DNA of 63,069 bases, the filler included, from Choristocarpus tenellus KU-1152 (lineage: Eukaryota; Protista; Phaeophyceae), in the NCBI GenBank assembly GCA_964200185.2. It is 12 parts of 12 records of this genome, joined end to end, with 100 filler letters (N's around TTAATTAATTAA, not from the genome) between each part and the next. Parts side by side here need not be neighbours in the genome. Positions count along the whole stretch, not along the records: positions 28,151 to 35,597 come from CAXNAD020006141.1; positions 35,698 to 43,697 come from CAXNAD020005284.1; 10 more parts are not named here. The stretch is one strand, 5' to 3'. A model generated the notes under the pieces. It made no database searches. It saw only the letters and a program-made list of their open reading frames with translations, and was not told the DNA's origin. Positions within the stretch are counted from its first letter, which is position 1. The number at the start of each line of letters is the position of its first letter. Shown piece by piece: positions 29,988 through 43,495 of this stretch. The translations under genes and the position numbers were made by a program.

Positions 29988-32900
29988 GCAAGGGTACCAA
30001 AGGGTCGGAAGTAGAAGAACCTGAGGCACTTTCAGATGATGAGCTCGAACAGATAAAGGTCAGCCAGAGATAGGGACAATGTGCATGCCCTTGCCGATGA
30101 ATTTGAGAAGAGTGAAAGTATCTTAGAGGTTCGAGTTTTGCCCTGTTTGTCCATTTGAGGCTTGGCTTCCCATGTGTTCTTTATGAAATTTTCCTACTCC
30201 AAAATGTTCAGGAGTAGGTAAAATGTGTATGTTATGAAAAGGTGTCTCCAGAACATGGATATTGACACTTCCTAACAAACACAATAGCCAATATTACATC
30301 AAAATCGCAACGTTGGATTTTGGTCCCCAAATGGACTCTACCCTCTAAGACACTTTGGCTCAGAACAATGATATACTGGGTGCACGAAAGGGGTCTTGTT
30401 GAAGTGGGATGTTATGTTGTCCAGCCTTCATATTAGAGAAGGGATGCTTGATGCCATTACTATTGGAAAGTAATTTTTTTCCTGTTGTACATTTTATGTC
30501 CTTGGGTTTAGAAATAGGTGGGGGGTTTTTTTAACGAAAAAGTAGATTTTTTCTGCAGACCCATGATTACAAACTTTTCAAGTAGAGGTGTGTAGATCTT
30601 CCTTTTCAACAAGTTCATCGAGGTATTCAGATTCAAATTTTCCCAGGAAAATCAACTTCACATTTTCAGGCTTTTCACTTTAGCATTCATGTTATTGTGG
30701 TGGCCATTCTTTTTATCTTCCTAGTGTAGTGTAGAAGATCAATTTTTTGGGGGAGGAATGAGGTATTGGACCTATTGAAAATGTTATAAATTTGTTCATG
30801 AGTACTATGTTCCACTCCATTACAATGGACAACATTGTACTTACATGTGGTGGCACAGTGATACTGTAGAATGAGTGGTTGTTACATAGTTGACACAATT
30901 GTGACATCATGGTCCAGGGATCGATCAATCAATATGTCGTTTTCGATAATAACTTGATGGGGTTGATTTCCTGGACAGTATTTGAAAAGGTAGGAATGAG
31001 CAGTGAAACCTAGATCAAACAAGTAGAATTGAAGCTAAGACGTCCAAGGTGGTGGCAAGATAGCAATATGACAGACATCTTGAAAGAGTTTCATGCCTTC
31101 CTTGCTGCTTCAGTCAACTTGAGAGTTAGATTTTCAAGAAAATACACCTAATGCAATAATGGAGAAAACATCCCACTCCAACCATGAGGGATATAATCCG
31201 CCAGGTTTGTGTGCAACTGAATCCATGGAGCACAAAGATATGTTCTTCTCTTGAGCTATGAGCCCCCATAACAGACCAACTATACGTGGAAACATGAAAT
31301 CATTGTTGTGAGTCATCTGCACAAGGGTGTTGTATTTTCCTATCCAACTGGTAGGAGCAGCCAATTCTGACCTAACAGATTTCATGGTGTGGAAGACATA
31401 CCTCAAAACGTTTCCCTTCTTGGATTTTTTTTCATGACATACTTATTGCGAACAGCTCTGAGCAGAAGAGCCATTCGTGAACTTTCAAATGAACTTCTTC
31501 ACAGAGATGAAGTGATGTCTTATGTAGTCCTTGGTGCTAGAGAGATGAAGTGAAGTCCATCAACGGCTTCCTATTCCCAAACTCTTCCATGTTCTGGTTT
31601 CATTAACCTATGCTTACCTCCCAATCTTCCGATTTCAAAAACATCTGTCGGAAGCTTCGGAACAACGGATTGATTCTCACGCGATCTGCTTTTGTTGTGT
31701 GTGAGACTAGAGAACACACTCTCAACGGCGGTGGATATTCCGATCAAAACGCCTTCCACCGCGTGAAAAAAATAATAGATAAAGTGGAACTTCCTATCTA
31801 CACGAAAATAGTAATAATAACATCTAAGAAGTACGCTCGCCATTCTCTTCTTTTTTTTCCCACCCCAGGATATAACAACTACCTAGCACCCTCATACCTG
31901 TCACTGCCATATTCTAAGTAGCAGTTATAAGTAACTATTTCGTTTGAATGGAGTAATATTGATGGTAGGGGTCAGATGTTATGGAGGAACTGTGATTGTC
32001 ATACACCAGGGTCGAGTGAAAGTATCTTAGGGTTAGGGTACAAGTTTTGCCCTGTTTGTCCATTTGGTGCTTGGCTTACCATTTTTTTTTTAATGACATT
32101 TTCCTACTCCAAAATGTTTCGGATTAGGCAAAATGTATACATTATGAAAAGGTGTTTCCAGAACAAGGATATTGCCACTTCCTAGCACGATAGCCAAAAT
32201 TACATCAAAATCGAAACATTGGACTTTCACCCACAAATGGATGCAGCCCTACCCTCTAAGATACTTTGACTTATTATTTGGTTCCGACTGAGCAAGAATT
32301 CAGAGTGCAGAAATGTTGTTGTTGTTGAATATTCCTTTAGTATAAGTAAAAGGAACTAGAACAAGGCAATCAATAAAAAGAGGATACCTTTCTCCTCTTC
32401 AAGTAGCACCATAAAAAAAGGAGCTAAGGGACGGTAGTCTTGAAAACAATCCTCAGCCCCACCTCCCCCCAGATCCTATCCTTGCCTCTCCACCAACCGA
32501 AAACCATCATTAACGCACAATGTTGCATAAGCATAGATTGACCTGATCAAGGCTAGGGAGAAGGAAGAAGACCTTGTTAGCATGCTTGAAAGGCGCAGAA
32601 ATGCCAATAGCAAGAAGCAGGAGGAGCTGCTGAAACTTGAGAATGACATGGAAGAGGTGAGGGAGTCTGAGCAACAAAACGTTGGGCAGAGATGTCTGAG
32701 TTAAGGGGAGTGGAGCTGGGAATAGTGAGAAGTGAAGGAACACCCCACCCAACTAGATGTAGGTAATCTGAGCATAACATGCAAAATGAGCAGTTATCGA
32801 TAGGTAGGTTTGGAACCCTACTAATGTAATGAGTATATTAGCGCAAACAAATGTTTCTGAGGGTGATGATAAATCTTTCCTAGAGAGTATGGAGTAAAAA

Positions 32901-35518
32901 TTGCAGTATCAAAGGTCACCCGTCCGCTTGTTCAACACATACAAAGGAAGATTTGTTACGGATTCCTCACTCACAGGAAATTAGAGCAGAAGAGGAGCGG
33001 CATTCTAGGCAGGCCGCTGCCATGGCTCATTTCAATAAAGTGGAACTAGGCGAAACAGCATCTACCTATGGAAAGGAGGAAGCAAAAGCCATGGTGGGGA
33101 CAATCAAGGGTCGACTCAACAAGCTCAAGACCGATCATGTGAATGGGCCTCAGCAATGCTCTGCGGAGCATCCTGTGCTTAGCAAGATACCCCTCCGCTT
33201 CCAGACCACACTCCCCACCATTTTGACTCAATTTTTCCTTCCTAGATCTTTACTATTTCGAGTTGTTGAATACTCTTGTACTCTAATTCGACACACTTTA
33301 GTAATTGTCTCCAGGAGCTATAGGTAAAGCCTAAGGAATAAGCTCGACACGTAGGAATCTCATTACTAATAATGTTGACTGAAGATTTGCTCCTGTTCTT
33401 CATGTTTAGGATGAGATAAGTCGAGAGGAAAAGGACGGCCAGGGGCTGATATCAACTATCCGCAGTGGAATTAAAGCCATTGTGGAAGGAGGGTGAGAAG
33501 AGAAGAAATATCTTGGGCCTAGTCTAGGGGGACACGTAAGATGTTGAAGAACTTCAGTATTGAACATATTGGTGGGTGTTTCTTCCATTCAGTGGAGAGA
33601 GTCAGAGAATGTCTCCGCAAAGGGCTTGGTTGTTGTTAGTCAGTCCATTTTGTTCAGCTTAGATTGATTCCTGGGTATTGCACCTTTAATACCCACTTGG
33701 AATACTCTCTATGATGCTACAAACAACTACAATAATATTTTCTGTTTCAATCTTCTTCATGACACATTGCTTTCGTTTATCTCATGGGTTTTTTTATCAT
33801 GTGTGCTTACTGCAGAGGAGCTACCACGTGTTCTACTGTTGATTTTTCCACATTCGCAGAGTGTTATAAAATTCTGAATCCTTCTGAATGCTTCACTCCA
33901 CCCCCACATGATCGTGTTGTGCCACACGCTGTGGAGACCAGAAGGCACGATATCGAGGATGATGAAGAGTGTGAAGACCGATTTAATTATGCGGAACAGG
34001 CGGAACGCATTGCCAAGAAGGCCAAGCAAGCAGTGTTGAAGCGCCAGATAGAAGAGCTCAAGAAAGCAAAGGCAGAGATTACCCAGAACTATAAATCATC
34101 GAATGCTCAACTCATGATGGCTCAGGTTTGAGAGCTGGGCAGTGGGTGTGATATGTAAGGGAACAATTGTACAGGGGAAGTGGCTTCATGTTTGTTTGAG
34201 TAGTATCAAGCTCAGGCGACAGAAAGATGTGGAGATTCCTGAGCAAAACAATTACTCCAGTTGGATAAGGTGCGTTCAAGGTATGACCAGTATATACGTT
34301 CTAAGTATATTAATCTCTGATAGCCCCTCAGTAGGAGGCGCAATAGCTGCATTATAGCACACATAGTGAGATTGGGAATTCATGTTTATGGGGAGGACCA
34401 AAGCAGCAACATGTACTTCTGATGAGAACCTATCTGCAATCCCAACCCATCTCGAGTAGGGTCCTGCAGCATTCGTCAGCTTCAGAACTATAGTAGAGAT
34501 TAGTCATGTTGTTTCATATCTGTAAAGCCCTAATTCATGAGATTGAACACAGTATACAAGAAATCTCAAGGACTCAAAACAAAAACATTGAAGCAATCCC
34601 TCAATACTGAAGGCTATGTGCAGTGCAGTCAGAACATCCGAGGTACAATATTCTCTACAAACATCTCTATACAGAGTACTTTTCAGAACCAATCCTCAGC
34701 ATGGGTATACATATCGACAGGTAGGGAAAAATCTGTCTCACTTAACAGTCCTTGCACGCAGGGTCGTTCTTGTGAGGGGTATCAATAACTCTGGAATACC
34801 AAAAGCCTCCACTTTCTTTCCCCCTTGCTAGTCTCTTGTGTGTCCTGCATGACATAGAGTTCGATGGCGGTTGGGAGTTCAACTCATTTAGCGTTAAGAT
34901 TCGCCTCGGCAATATATAAGGTTCCATCTTTCTTTTTATCCTTTCTTTTAAAGCAGGGCATTTGAAAATCTCCTTCTGAATCTTGCTTAGATTGCATGAG
35001 CACCACATGACTATCTTCACTGAGCAAAGAAAATATATGTTGTGTAGGCAACTGAATGCACCTCCTGCTTCATATTTTTGCAACCAGGTCCTGCCCGAAA
35101 GAAGGAATGTGAAAATATCGAAACCTTGGCCACTTGAGTATACATTGGAGTACATTGCTGATGCCGGCCGCTCATTCGCCGGCCTCTCATTCGCCGGCCT
35201 CTCATTCAATGCTCAAGTCCCATCAGTTATGGATGATACCTTCAATAGAATGTGTGGGTCACAAGAATGGTCACAAAGGTTTTGTCCAGTCCAAACTGGT
35301 GCTTAAGATATCAGACCTTGCCCCTCCTCCCATTACAACAATGTCTAGTGAGCTGATATTTGGCACAAAACCTTCCGCAGGTGAATGCTGATCGAGAAGC
35401 ACAGAACGAGGAGGCTGCAAAAAATCGAGAGGTGCAAAGGGAAGATGTCAAACATCGGAAGAAAAGGTTGGAAGAAATCAAGAGGGAAGAGAAGATGTGG
35501 AAAGACGAAGAGAAAAAG
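29988..35518 (+). CDS. Multi-exon E/K/R-rich coiled-coil protein, partial at both ends
   Basis: Six phase-compatible GT-AG exons with no stops: 29988-30058, 32537-32656, 32977-33138, 33410-33492, 33942-34125 and 35381-35518. Confidence 0.8.
30110..30361 (+). mobile_element. MITE family 1 copy; TSD AGAA
   Basis: AGAA|GAGTGAAAG...CTTTGGCTC|AGAA. Confidence 0.9.
32014..32272 (+). mobile_element. MITE family 1 copy
   Basis: Colinear with 53883-54141; TTAGGGTTAGGG in the left TIR; no clear TSD. Confidence 0.85.
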
Positions 35519-35697
35519 GTTTGTTGCAAACAAACAAAGAGCCAAAGTATCTTAGAGGGTAGAGCCGCGTCCATTTGGGGATCAAAATACAATGTTGNNN
35601 NNNNNNNNNNNNNNNNNNNNNNNNNNNNNNNNNNNNNNNNNTTAATTAATTAANNNNNNNNNNNNNNNNNNNNNNNNNNNNNNNNNNNNNNNNNNNN

Positions 35698-36200
35698 CCC
35701 TCCTTGTGATCCTGGCGTCATGAGCTGCCAGGATGTGAACCTCTGGGGCAGGTGCAGGTGGTACTGTTCCCCCCCAGGTTACCCAGTCTTGGCCAATAAT
35801 TTCAGCCAGGTCTTCTGAGGGGATACCTGTACAAAGGAGAGTATGTATGGACGATCCTAAGACCTCTATTGTAGGGTTTGTACATACAGCCTGTGAGGAC
35901 TCGCCACGAGGCCCTTGCTGCCTTGCTAGGAGGGTGGGGAGAGTAGCCACCAGTGATCTTACGAAAGCTGCATGTTTGCGGTGTTTCATAGAGGAGAGGC
36001 CCAGACTCCCCACACTTGTAGGCATCTGTGCCTGTACGTGTTGGTGGGTCTCTAGGCGGAGAGACCTATTGTTGCACCCTCCCTCAAAGAAATCTGTCAA
36101 CTCTGTCGCATCAGCTATCTCCATTATCCTCTCTAGTGCCCACAGGGAGATATTGTCTGCTTGCTCCATGGTGGAGCATGCCAGGAGGGGGGAGTGACCC
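35698..36200 (-). mobile_element. CRE/R2-type non-LTR retrotransposon relic, post-RT region
   Basis: QAQMPTSVGSLGLSSMKHRKHAAFVRS matches the 'Qa.LP...GGLGl.s......AAf..S' motif of RLE-clade non-LTR elements. Confidence 0.65.
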
Positions 36201-36439
36201 TCACTGGATAGCCTAGCCGGGAGGAGTTAATTATCCACTGGGCCTTTATCTTAGCCATCAATTATATTTTTATTATATCTGACGTATGACCAAAGACTGA
36301 CCCATTATACCGCTATGCATGTTACTACTTTGTATTGTACCAAACTGAAGATAAACGTACATGAAACCTATGTAATATACTTGTATCAGCACAGATAATG
36401 TAAGGATAGCACTAGGTTATTCGGCATTGATAATTCCAC

Positions 36440-36840
36440 CAGCTATGGTGTACCTGCTGCTGCAGCCGAGGCGCGAAAGCGTACCCACTACGAGGGCCCC
36501 TTTGATCCTCGTAATTATAACCTCAACACCTTCGTGGTGGAAAGTTTTGGGCGCCTCGGCAAGCAAGCGGAAGGCTTCCTGGATGAGCTGACTGTTCACA
36601 TTGTGGGGGGGAGAGGAACTGGAGGATTTAGGAGAAAAGGAGTAGTCAAATCTCACCTACACCAAATTGTATCATTGACTACGCAAGTGGCACTGTCTAG
36701 ACATGTCGTGCGTTTTAAGCTAGAGAGTCACCAGGGAGATGGGCACGGAGGGGTTTATTGGATTCTTGGGATGTCTCCCTAGCTCCCCCCTCCGGGGCAC
36801 AGGAGTAGGTAGATTGGAAGCACAGGGAGTAGTAGTACAA
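36440..36840 (+). mobile_element. CRE-type non-LTR 3' end with restriction-like endonuclease tail
   Basis: AAAAEARKRTHYEG..FVVESFGRLGKQAEGFLDEL matches the RLE C-terminus 'K..kY...f.P.vEt.G.lg..a..fl'; followed by a short GTA-repeat tail. Confidence 0.65.
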
Positions 36841-36974
36841 TATTGATAGTGGTGAAGTAACAAATAGATTGGTGTTTTTCACATTTATAATGTTTTATTT
36901 CCTTAGGGATTATACTGACATAGGTATAATTTTCATTTGTTTCCCCCCTGACATCTGTAAAATGTCAGAGGGCA

Positions 36975-37493
36975 TAATAATAAAAATACTATGTATTGCG
37001 ACCATCTTGGTCGGTGTGAGCTCCAAAGGCCACCCACTACGAGCTGCCACCCCTAGGTCAAGCGTGTGGTCACAGGCAAGCTGATCGGTGGTGTCCTCCC
37101 AGAGCCTTCGCATGTAACGCTTGGACACTCCAAACTCTGCTGCAAGGGCCAGTCCAACGTGTTGAGGCAGTTTATGCTCACCACGGACCATTGTGAGGGC
37201 GTGCCGCACTGCAAGTGCAACACTGATATTCAGGGACACTTGGGCACCCTTGGGGGTTGACGGGGGGGTGTTGCCATGCCAACGTTCTGACTTCAAAATC
37301 ACCCCAAAAGACTCTCCTTCTTTGACGGCTTGAAGAACCTCAAATTTGTACCAGATGATCCTCGACCCCCACCTTTTCTGAAAGCTGAAATGGTCAACCC
37401 GATTTCATTCTGTAGGGTTATTGTCCGATTCGGCGCTGTTCTCTCTCGGCGAGCCCAGATGTTTCACGGCACAAACTTATGGCACAGAGGCAG
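36975..37493 (-). mobile_element. Mariner-type element: left TIR plus N-terminal HTH of the transposase
   Basis: TA followed by CTGCCTCTGTGCCATAA (Stowaway/plant-mariner-like TIR) at 37495-37477. The ORF KLPQHVGLALAAEFGVSKRYMRRLWED..RSGWP is a typical N-terminal HTH plus GRP-like box. Confidence 0.6.
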
Positions 37494-38423
37494 TACATAT
37501 ATATTCATACCCATACAGGAGTTGTGGAGGTAGAACTGGTATTATGGGCAATCTACCCCATGCTCCAAGTCCATTCACATATATCCATGCATGCTTATTC
37601 ACGGGCAAGAAGTTGATAACAATGTAGAGAACCTGTCTATTGCATCTCTGGGATGGGGAGAGAAGTCGATGATGGGCACCCCCTTTTGGAGAAAAAAATC
37701 ACAAATGATCGACGAAGGCTCAATGGATTGCCTGCTTACTCCAGGTAAGGCTCAGTCCACTACTGATAGCTAGACGGCTCCATCAATTAACATCGCAGTA
37801 CCATCGCCAGTACATTGAAACCAACTGACTGGTACTCGCTCAATTTTGAGTGGGGGCCAGAACAAATTGTATACTTCGAAGTATTACGTCCTATCAGGTG
37901 GAAAATGTTTCCGTACAGTAGAGGAAAACAGGAGGGAAAATATTCAAAACCCTCTTGCCTTCCTTGGGTACATCAATTTGAGTTAAATAGTCAGCTGAAC
38001 TTACTTTGTTAGTTTCACACCAAGACCACGGTTGCTTCATCTGCATGAAAATCAGACTGACGACAGGAGAAGGTTTCACAATCAAAATGTACGATCAATG
38101 TCTAGCTCAATCTTACCGCCGCGTTGGTCTTCAACAACTTCCAGGCAGTTTCGATATGTATGCTACCCAGCAAAAAACTATACAGCACAGGTTAGATGGC
38201 AGGGTACCAAAGGTTCTACTGCAATAAATGTATCAAACAGGTCAAAAGAACAACCCCTGATACACACAGACAAGTATTCGAATGGTCTCTCGAATTTGAT
38301 ACACACAACAAGCAACACACAGGAACCACCCAACTAACTCAAGCACGGATTACCAAACATCCTAAACCTTCACAGGTGGGCCGGTAAACTCTATACTAAA
38401 TGCCATTATCCTGCACACCAGGC

Positions 38424-40829
38424 CTATAGAACAGCTACGCAGGTATCAAACACAATTTGTCCCCCTGAACAATCAAACTTGCCTCGCACGGTCAAGGAAT
38501 ACATTCCCCCAGTGGAAACCGGCTGTGGGTTGGGCAAAAACTTGATTGCTTGCTTAAAGTGGCGCCCAGTACAGGAGAGCGACTCTGTGGATACATCATC
38601 CACGCAGTCCTCCTTCTCCCCATCCCCATCTCCCCTCCCCTTGCAATCACCATTCTCGTATCTTCCCCTTCCCCCACCGTTTGTGCCGCTTCCAGTCGCA
38701 CCCTGGTGCATATAGGTGGTGACTCGGGATATCTCATCGAGCTGATAATCAACCCAAATCAAAATTGCATGGCATGTTCCATCAGCAGTGATCGGCAAGG
38801 AAATCTCTGCCTCTATGTCTTCCGGAAGGGATGAGTAGTCCATGCGCAAAAGGTCCATAGCAGGGGTGACCAAGCTGTGACGGATAATTAGTAGCACGCA
38901 CAGAAAGAAAATATATTGCGGGAAATGAGCAGGCAGCGTGGGATTCAAGGAGTGATTATTGTTATACTATTGGACGGTGGAGTCTTTCAGGCAGGCTAGG
39001 TTAGGAGGCCGGAACTTGCTATTTCTCTTGGAGGAAATGACCCGGAGTTCACAGGTACAGTACAGTAGAGAACATAGTTGCAAAGAAGTGAACATTCATC
39101 AATTGAACCCACTACCACTACATGAGGAAAAACTAACTCCTCATCCAGCTATTAATGGCGGAGTTGCTTTGCCAGAAGGACAGTGTCCTCTAAAGGATAA
39201 TAGGTGCCATTGTGTACAAATTGATGTATCATAGCCCTGATGCAAACAGATACTTCCAAGTATGTTGTGATAAAAGCCCAACATTGTTGTAGTCAAACTG
39301 TATCACTTGGGCTGAAAAAAAGCCCAACTTGTGTTCACAAGGACCACACACCTGTGTTTGTACATCCACAGTGGATAAGGATACAAGTGCGTATGCCACA
39401 CATCTTTCACCCGGGCATTGAAAGGTCCGTGGTCAAAGCCAGACACTCTGCCCACTGGACCATGACTAAGGCACAGCTCTGGCAGTTCCACACCAGCAAC
39501 ACACACCACAGCATGTAATGGAAGAATCCTTTGACACATCAGTAATCAACATAGTGTGGTGGGAATGGAATGTTACTAGTTGGGAGGCATCAATAGTGGG
39601 AAGGGAATTAGGGTCAGGAAAGTAGTATAAGTGTAAGGGGGAAAAGTTGGGATTTCATGGGGTCTTGTGGGAAAGAGACTGCCGTATATGGCAGGGAAGA
39701 TAGTGGCAAGCTCTGACATCAACAACTACAGTGGTTACTATAGCTAATGGCAGCAGGGCAGGTTAAGTTAAAGAATCACCAAGTAACATCAAGTTACCTA
39801 TTACCTGAAATAACAGGGGAAGTTGATGAAGAGGGACAGGGAGTCAAATCGATCTGTAAGGAGAGACAAGTTGGGACCTCTCGACTCCATTGTGCAGGTA
39901 TAAAATGTTCATCCTCTCTCTTTGAGAACATTGTGCAAGCAAACACCAAGGACTACACTTGACTTGAATCCAGTGTTTCCATTCCTCCGGCTGAGATACT
40001 GGTGCACCATTTCACCTTGGTAGTGAAGTGGTATATCAATATTCCCACAAATTCATAGGCAAAACACTGCTCAGCTTTATCAGTGAATCATCACCCCACC
40101 GATCTCCACTCTCCACAAGAAGTCATCTTAACCTTCAAATTTCCTGTCAACCCCCACAGGACACTGAACTACACTCAACCCTATCCTATATCCTCCTTAT
40201 GTTCTGGGTTGGTAAAGAGTCATGCTGCCGCTAGTGTTTCAAACCTACACTCTGGTTTTGTCAAGATATTGAGATGCTACTATACCAACATGGCACAAGT
40301 CCTGTCTAAAGACTAGCACCAAGAGGGAGTAGCAGCATCACAACACTAACAAAAGCATACTCCACAGATGGTGGAATCCATCTATGTCTATGATTCACAA
40401 TACGACTGAGCAGACCCAAGGTACCCAACCACCGACATACACAACAAGTGTTTCTTGGATTTCTGAGTCAGAACAACACCTGAATCACCAATTCCCATGG
40501 ACAAAACATTTACAGCAAATACAATACAAATAACACCCACAAAATAAACTACTACTGGAGTACGCAAGAGATTGCAATACCACACAAAAACCGCCATTTG
40601 GTTTACCCCAGCCTTCAAAACCTTGGACTGAGGGTCACACCTTGCAGTTGGTTTGAGGATAGGCTGGAATAATCCACGAAGGTACCAGAAGTTCATGGCC
40701 TGGTACAGGACCATGGACTGCATCTGTCCAAGGCAAAATATAGAAAAAAAATCATGAGAAACATGATAATAATAATGGAAATAAAATACAGCAACAATGC
40801 AACTGAAGACTAGGGAATGTGGAACAAAA

Positions 40830-40887
<58 letters not shown>

Positions 40888-42296
40888 ATGTTCTTGATCT
40901 TGGTTGTTTCAGCGCTTGAGCAAGGGAGTGCGACCGATTAAGCTAAATAAATATCCAACAACCCATCCCATGAATTTTGAATGTTATCAGTCTCAACATT
41001 GTGCTTGGTTCAAGTATGGCACTGTACCTCCAAGGTTGATAAGTAGGACATGTAATAGTCATCAACATTGGCAATTGGGAGGGTTGACTGGGGAAGAGTC
41101 CACTTCGACATGGAGTGCAACTTCTACAGTTGTGCTATACTTTCAACCACTTTTCACAAGCACTCATGCCCTCCCACAGAAAAATAATATCCCTTGGAGC
41201 CAAGACCAAAATAGCTCTCGATAACTCCTATTAATTCCCACACCCCTCCCACACCCTGACCCCTCATCTCATCCAACACACAAACAGCTCCTCCATGCTG
41301 GGGACGATATAACCTTCCACTGCAATGGGAGGAGCGCAACATACACTCTGACCCAAAGTATCTGGGAGGGGGGGGAGGTCTACACCAGGTTGTCCATTTG
41401 GACCAAAATCAGGAAATACAAAAAATTGACCCCAAATGGACAGTCGCCACCCCCTCCCAGATACTTTGAGCCTCTTGTCCATCAATCCCTCAGATTTTTT
41501 CTAGCTTGAGTAAATAGTCAGCACAAAATATCAACATGGTACTACTTGCACCATTCCCATGAAATTACCCTTCTTAGTGGTTTGAGTAGGATAACAGGGA
41601 CATTGAAACTGTCTCTCTTGTCATGTCTGATTCAAGAGCACCATCAGTCTTTTACATCAGCTTTAGACCATAAACCTTGAAAAAAACAGAAGGAAAAAGG
41701 ATGCTTTTGGTATATGAATAGAGACACACTGCATCCCTGAACGTCAGAGACCAAACACACGCCAAATCCCCTACTGTGTTGTAAAAGACAAACATGCACA
41801 CACACACACACACACAACCCAACCAGTCCTTCACCATTAACCCCCAAAAGAACCAGTATCTGAAACACTTACATCGGGATATCGAACACCAAAGCCGTTT
41901 AGTAATACTAATAAAGACTTTGGTTGACTATGAACTATGGGGCGAGGTATTCTCGGTCCTATATATATGGTACTGACCACTGCTATCACACACACTAAAG
42001 AGTACAAGCTGGCCCCCATCAAGCAACGGGCACTCTGTATCGCTTGCCACAACTGTACCAACATCTGCAATAAAACCACCTGACAACCACAACTCCAGCC
42101 CTCCCCTGGCGAAGAAACTTTATCTATATCTGGACAAAAACTCACAAACCTGATAATAGAAAGGCTCTCCCACGATAGCATCGCACAGCACATGTTCCTG
42201 CTCACCGCCCCCACCTTGTGCTTCTCTTACAAACGGCCACTCCTCTGCAGATTCCATGATAAGCAGGCGTTCGTCGAGGTCATTGTTTCCAATCAC
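38424..42296 (-). CDS. PRMT7: Protein arginine N-methyltransferase 7-like, C-terminal module; 5'-partial
   Basis: Phase-compatible exons 42296-42150, 40723-40641, 39528-39352 and 38874-38424. Motifs IVGEPFYYQ, AMNFWYLR, GPVGRVSGFDHGPF, YPLWMY, CHAILIWVDY and HFKQAIKFL. Confidence 0.85.
41350..41472. mobile_element. MITE family 2, internally deleted copy (123 bp) in a PRMT7 intron
   Basis: Both TIRs present; TCT on both flanks. Confidence 0.85.
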
Positions 42297-42343
42297 CTGG
42301 CACAGCACAAGAACAATAGCAGCAGCAGCAAAGGCTGTTTATT

Positions 42344-42407
<64 letters not shown>

Positions 42408-42702
42408 GAGAGAGAGAGCACTATACAATGGACAGCTCTACAAAAACAAGAAGATACACATCTATTTATATGATTCACCAGTAGAGCTCTACGGTACAAG
42501 GAAGGGTGTTGAGATTGGCAACATACACTGAAGTGGTGGGGCACTGGTCGAGAAGAAGAGGGGGGAAGTTGAGGGGCGGGGGAGGTGAGACTGGACCCGC
42601 GGAAACCCATGGTGTGTCTAATGTGCCTTACCATATTTTAAGACGATTGCTTGAATTGTCGTGGACCAACAAATCCACACCCAGGACATCATGCTCACAT
42701 AT

Positions 42703-42961
42703 GATCCAAACCAATTGAGAGGCAGGCAGGCTTGCATGTTAAGGATCTTGAGAAAGGGTAAAAAACATACCATTTTGAACAGTTCCAGAGTAATTAATTG
42801 AGTGTGGTCTCACTTTGTGTGTGGAAAGGTGGAATATCATCAACCTTGCATACACTATTCCGCACCTAAAGCAATGAAATACAGTGCATTGCAAATCTAA
42901 GAAATATGACTTGGAATCCAAAAGGTTCCAAAACCTGCCAACCTCTCGGCTGGTTTGACTC
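42703..42961. mobile_element. MITE family 4 (TIR ~GAGYCAAA(C/T)CAATTGAGAGGYAGGC); others at 44581-44841 and 46037-46292 (reversed)
   Basis: Three mutually similar 256-261 bp copies with degenerate TIRs. Confidence 0.7.
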
Positions 42962-43459
42962 AAATCACAACCTAACATCCAAGTGTTGCACACGAAAAAC
43001 TTTTTCGGGGCGACATACGCTGTAGAGCAAATGACTCCCAAGTGTTTGCTGAAAAGGCAGACAACAAAGGGCAAAAGGGACTTGATTATTCAGTGAACAG
43101 ACATCACAGAGCAATCGGCCCCAAGCACTGTCCCGGACAACAAACAACAAAGGGCAAATGGTGCTCGGCAGTTACTGGACAATGGACATCACGAGCGAGA
43201 GATGGGGCTGCATCTTTTTCTTCATTGCATTATTTTTTTTCTTGTTTCCTCGGCCATAATTATTCTGCTTATCGCCTCATCTGCGTCAAAACCCCTTGAC
43301 AATGAGTGGGAAACGATCGAACTGATGTGCAAAAAGAAATATAATTGAAAAATGACTTCTGTTGTTGTGCCGGACAGCGGATGCACCTGGTGGATCAAAG
43401 TATCTGGGGGGGGGGGGGGGGGGGGGCGGGGGGGCGGTTGTTTTCCCTGGCCGAGGTGT

Positions 43460-43495
<36 letters not shown>

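Noticed and set aside
30362-31900. Coding-like intronic sequence inside the coiled-coil gene
   Set aside because: No recognisable motif or splice-compatible exon; a call cannot be supported
26987-32272. CRISPR-like recurrence of AAAGTATCTTAG
   Set aside because: The occurrences are inverted pairs ~260 bp apart with conserved interiors and TSDs, i.e. MITE TIRs; there is no repeat-spacer periodicity and no cas gene
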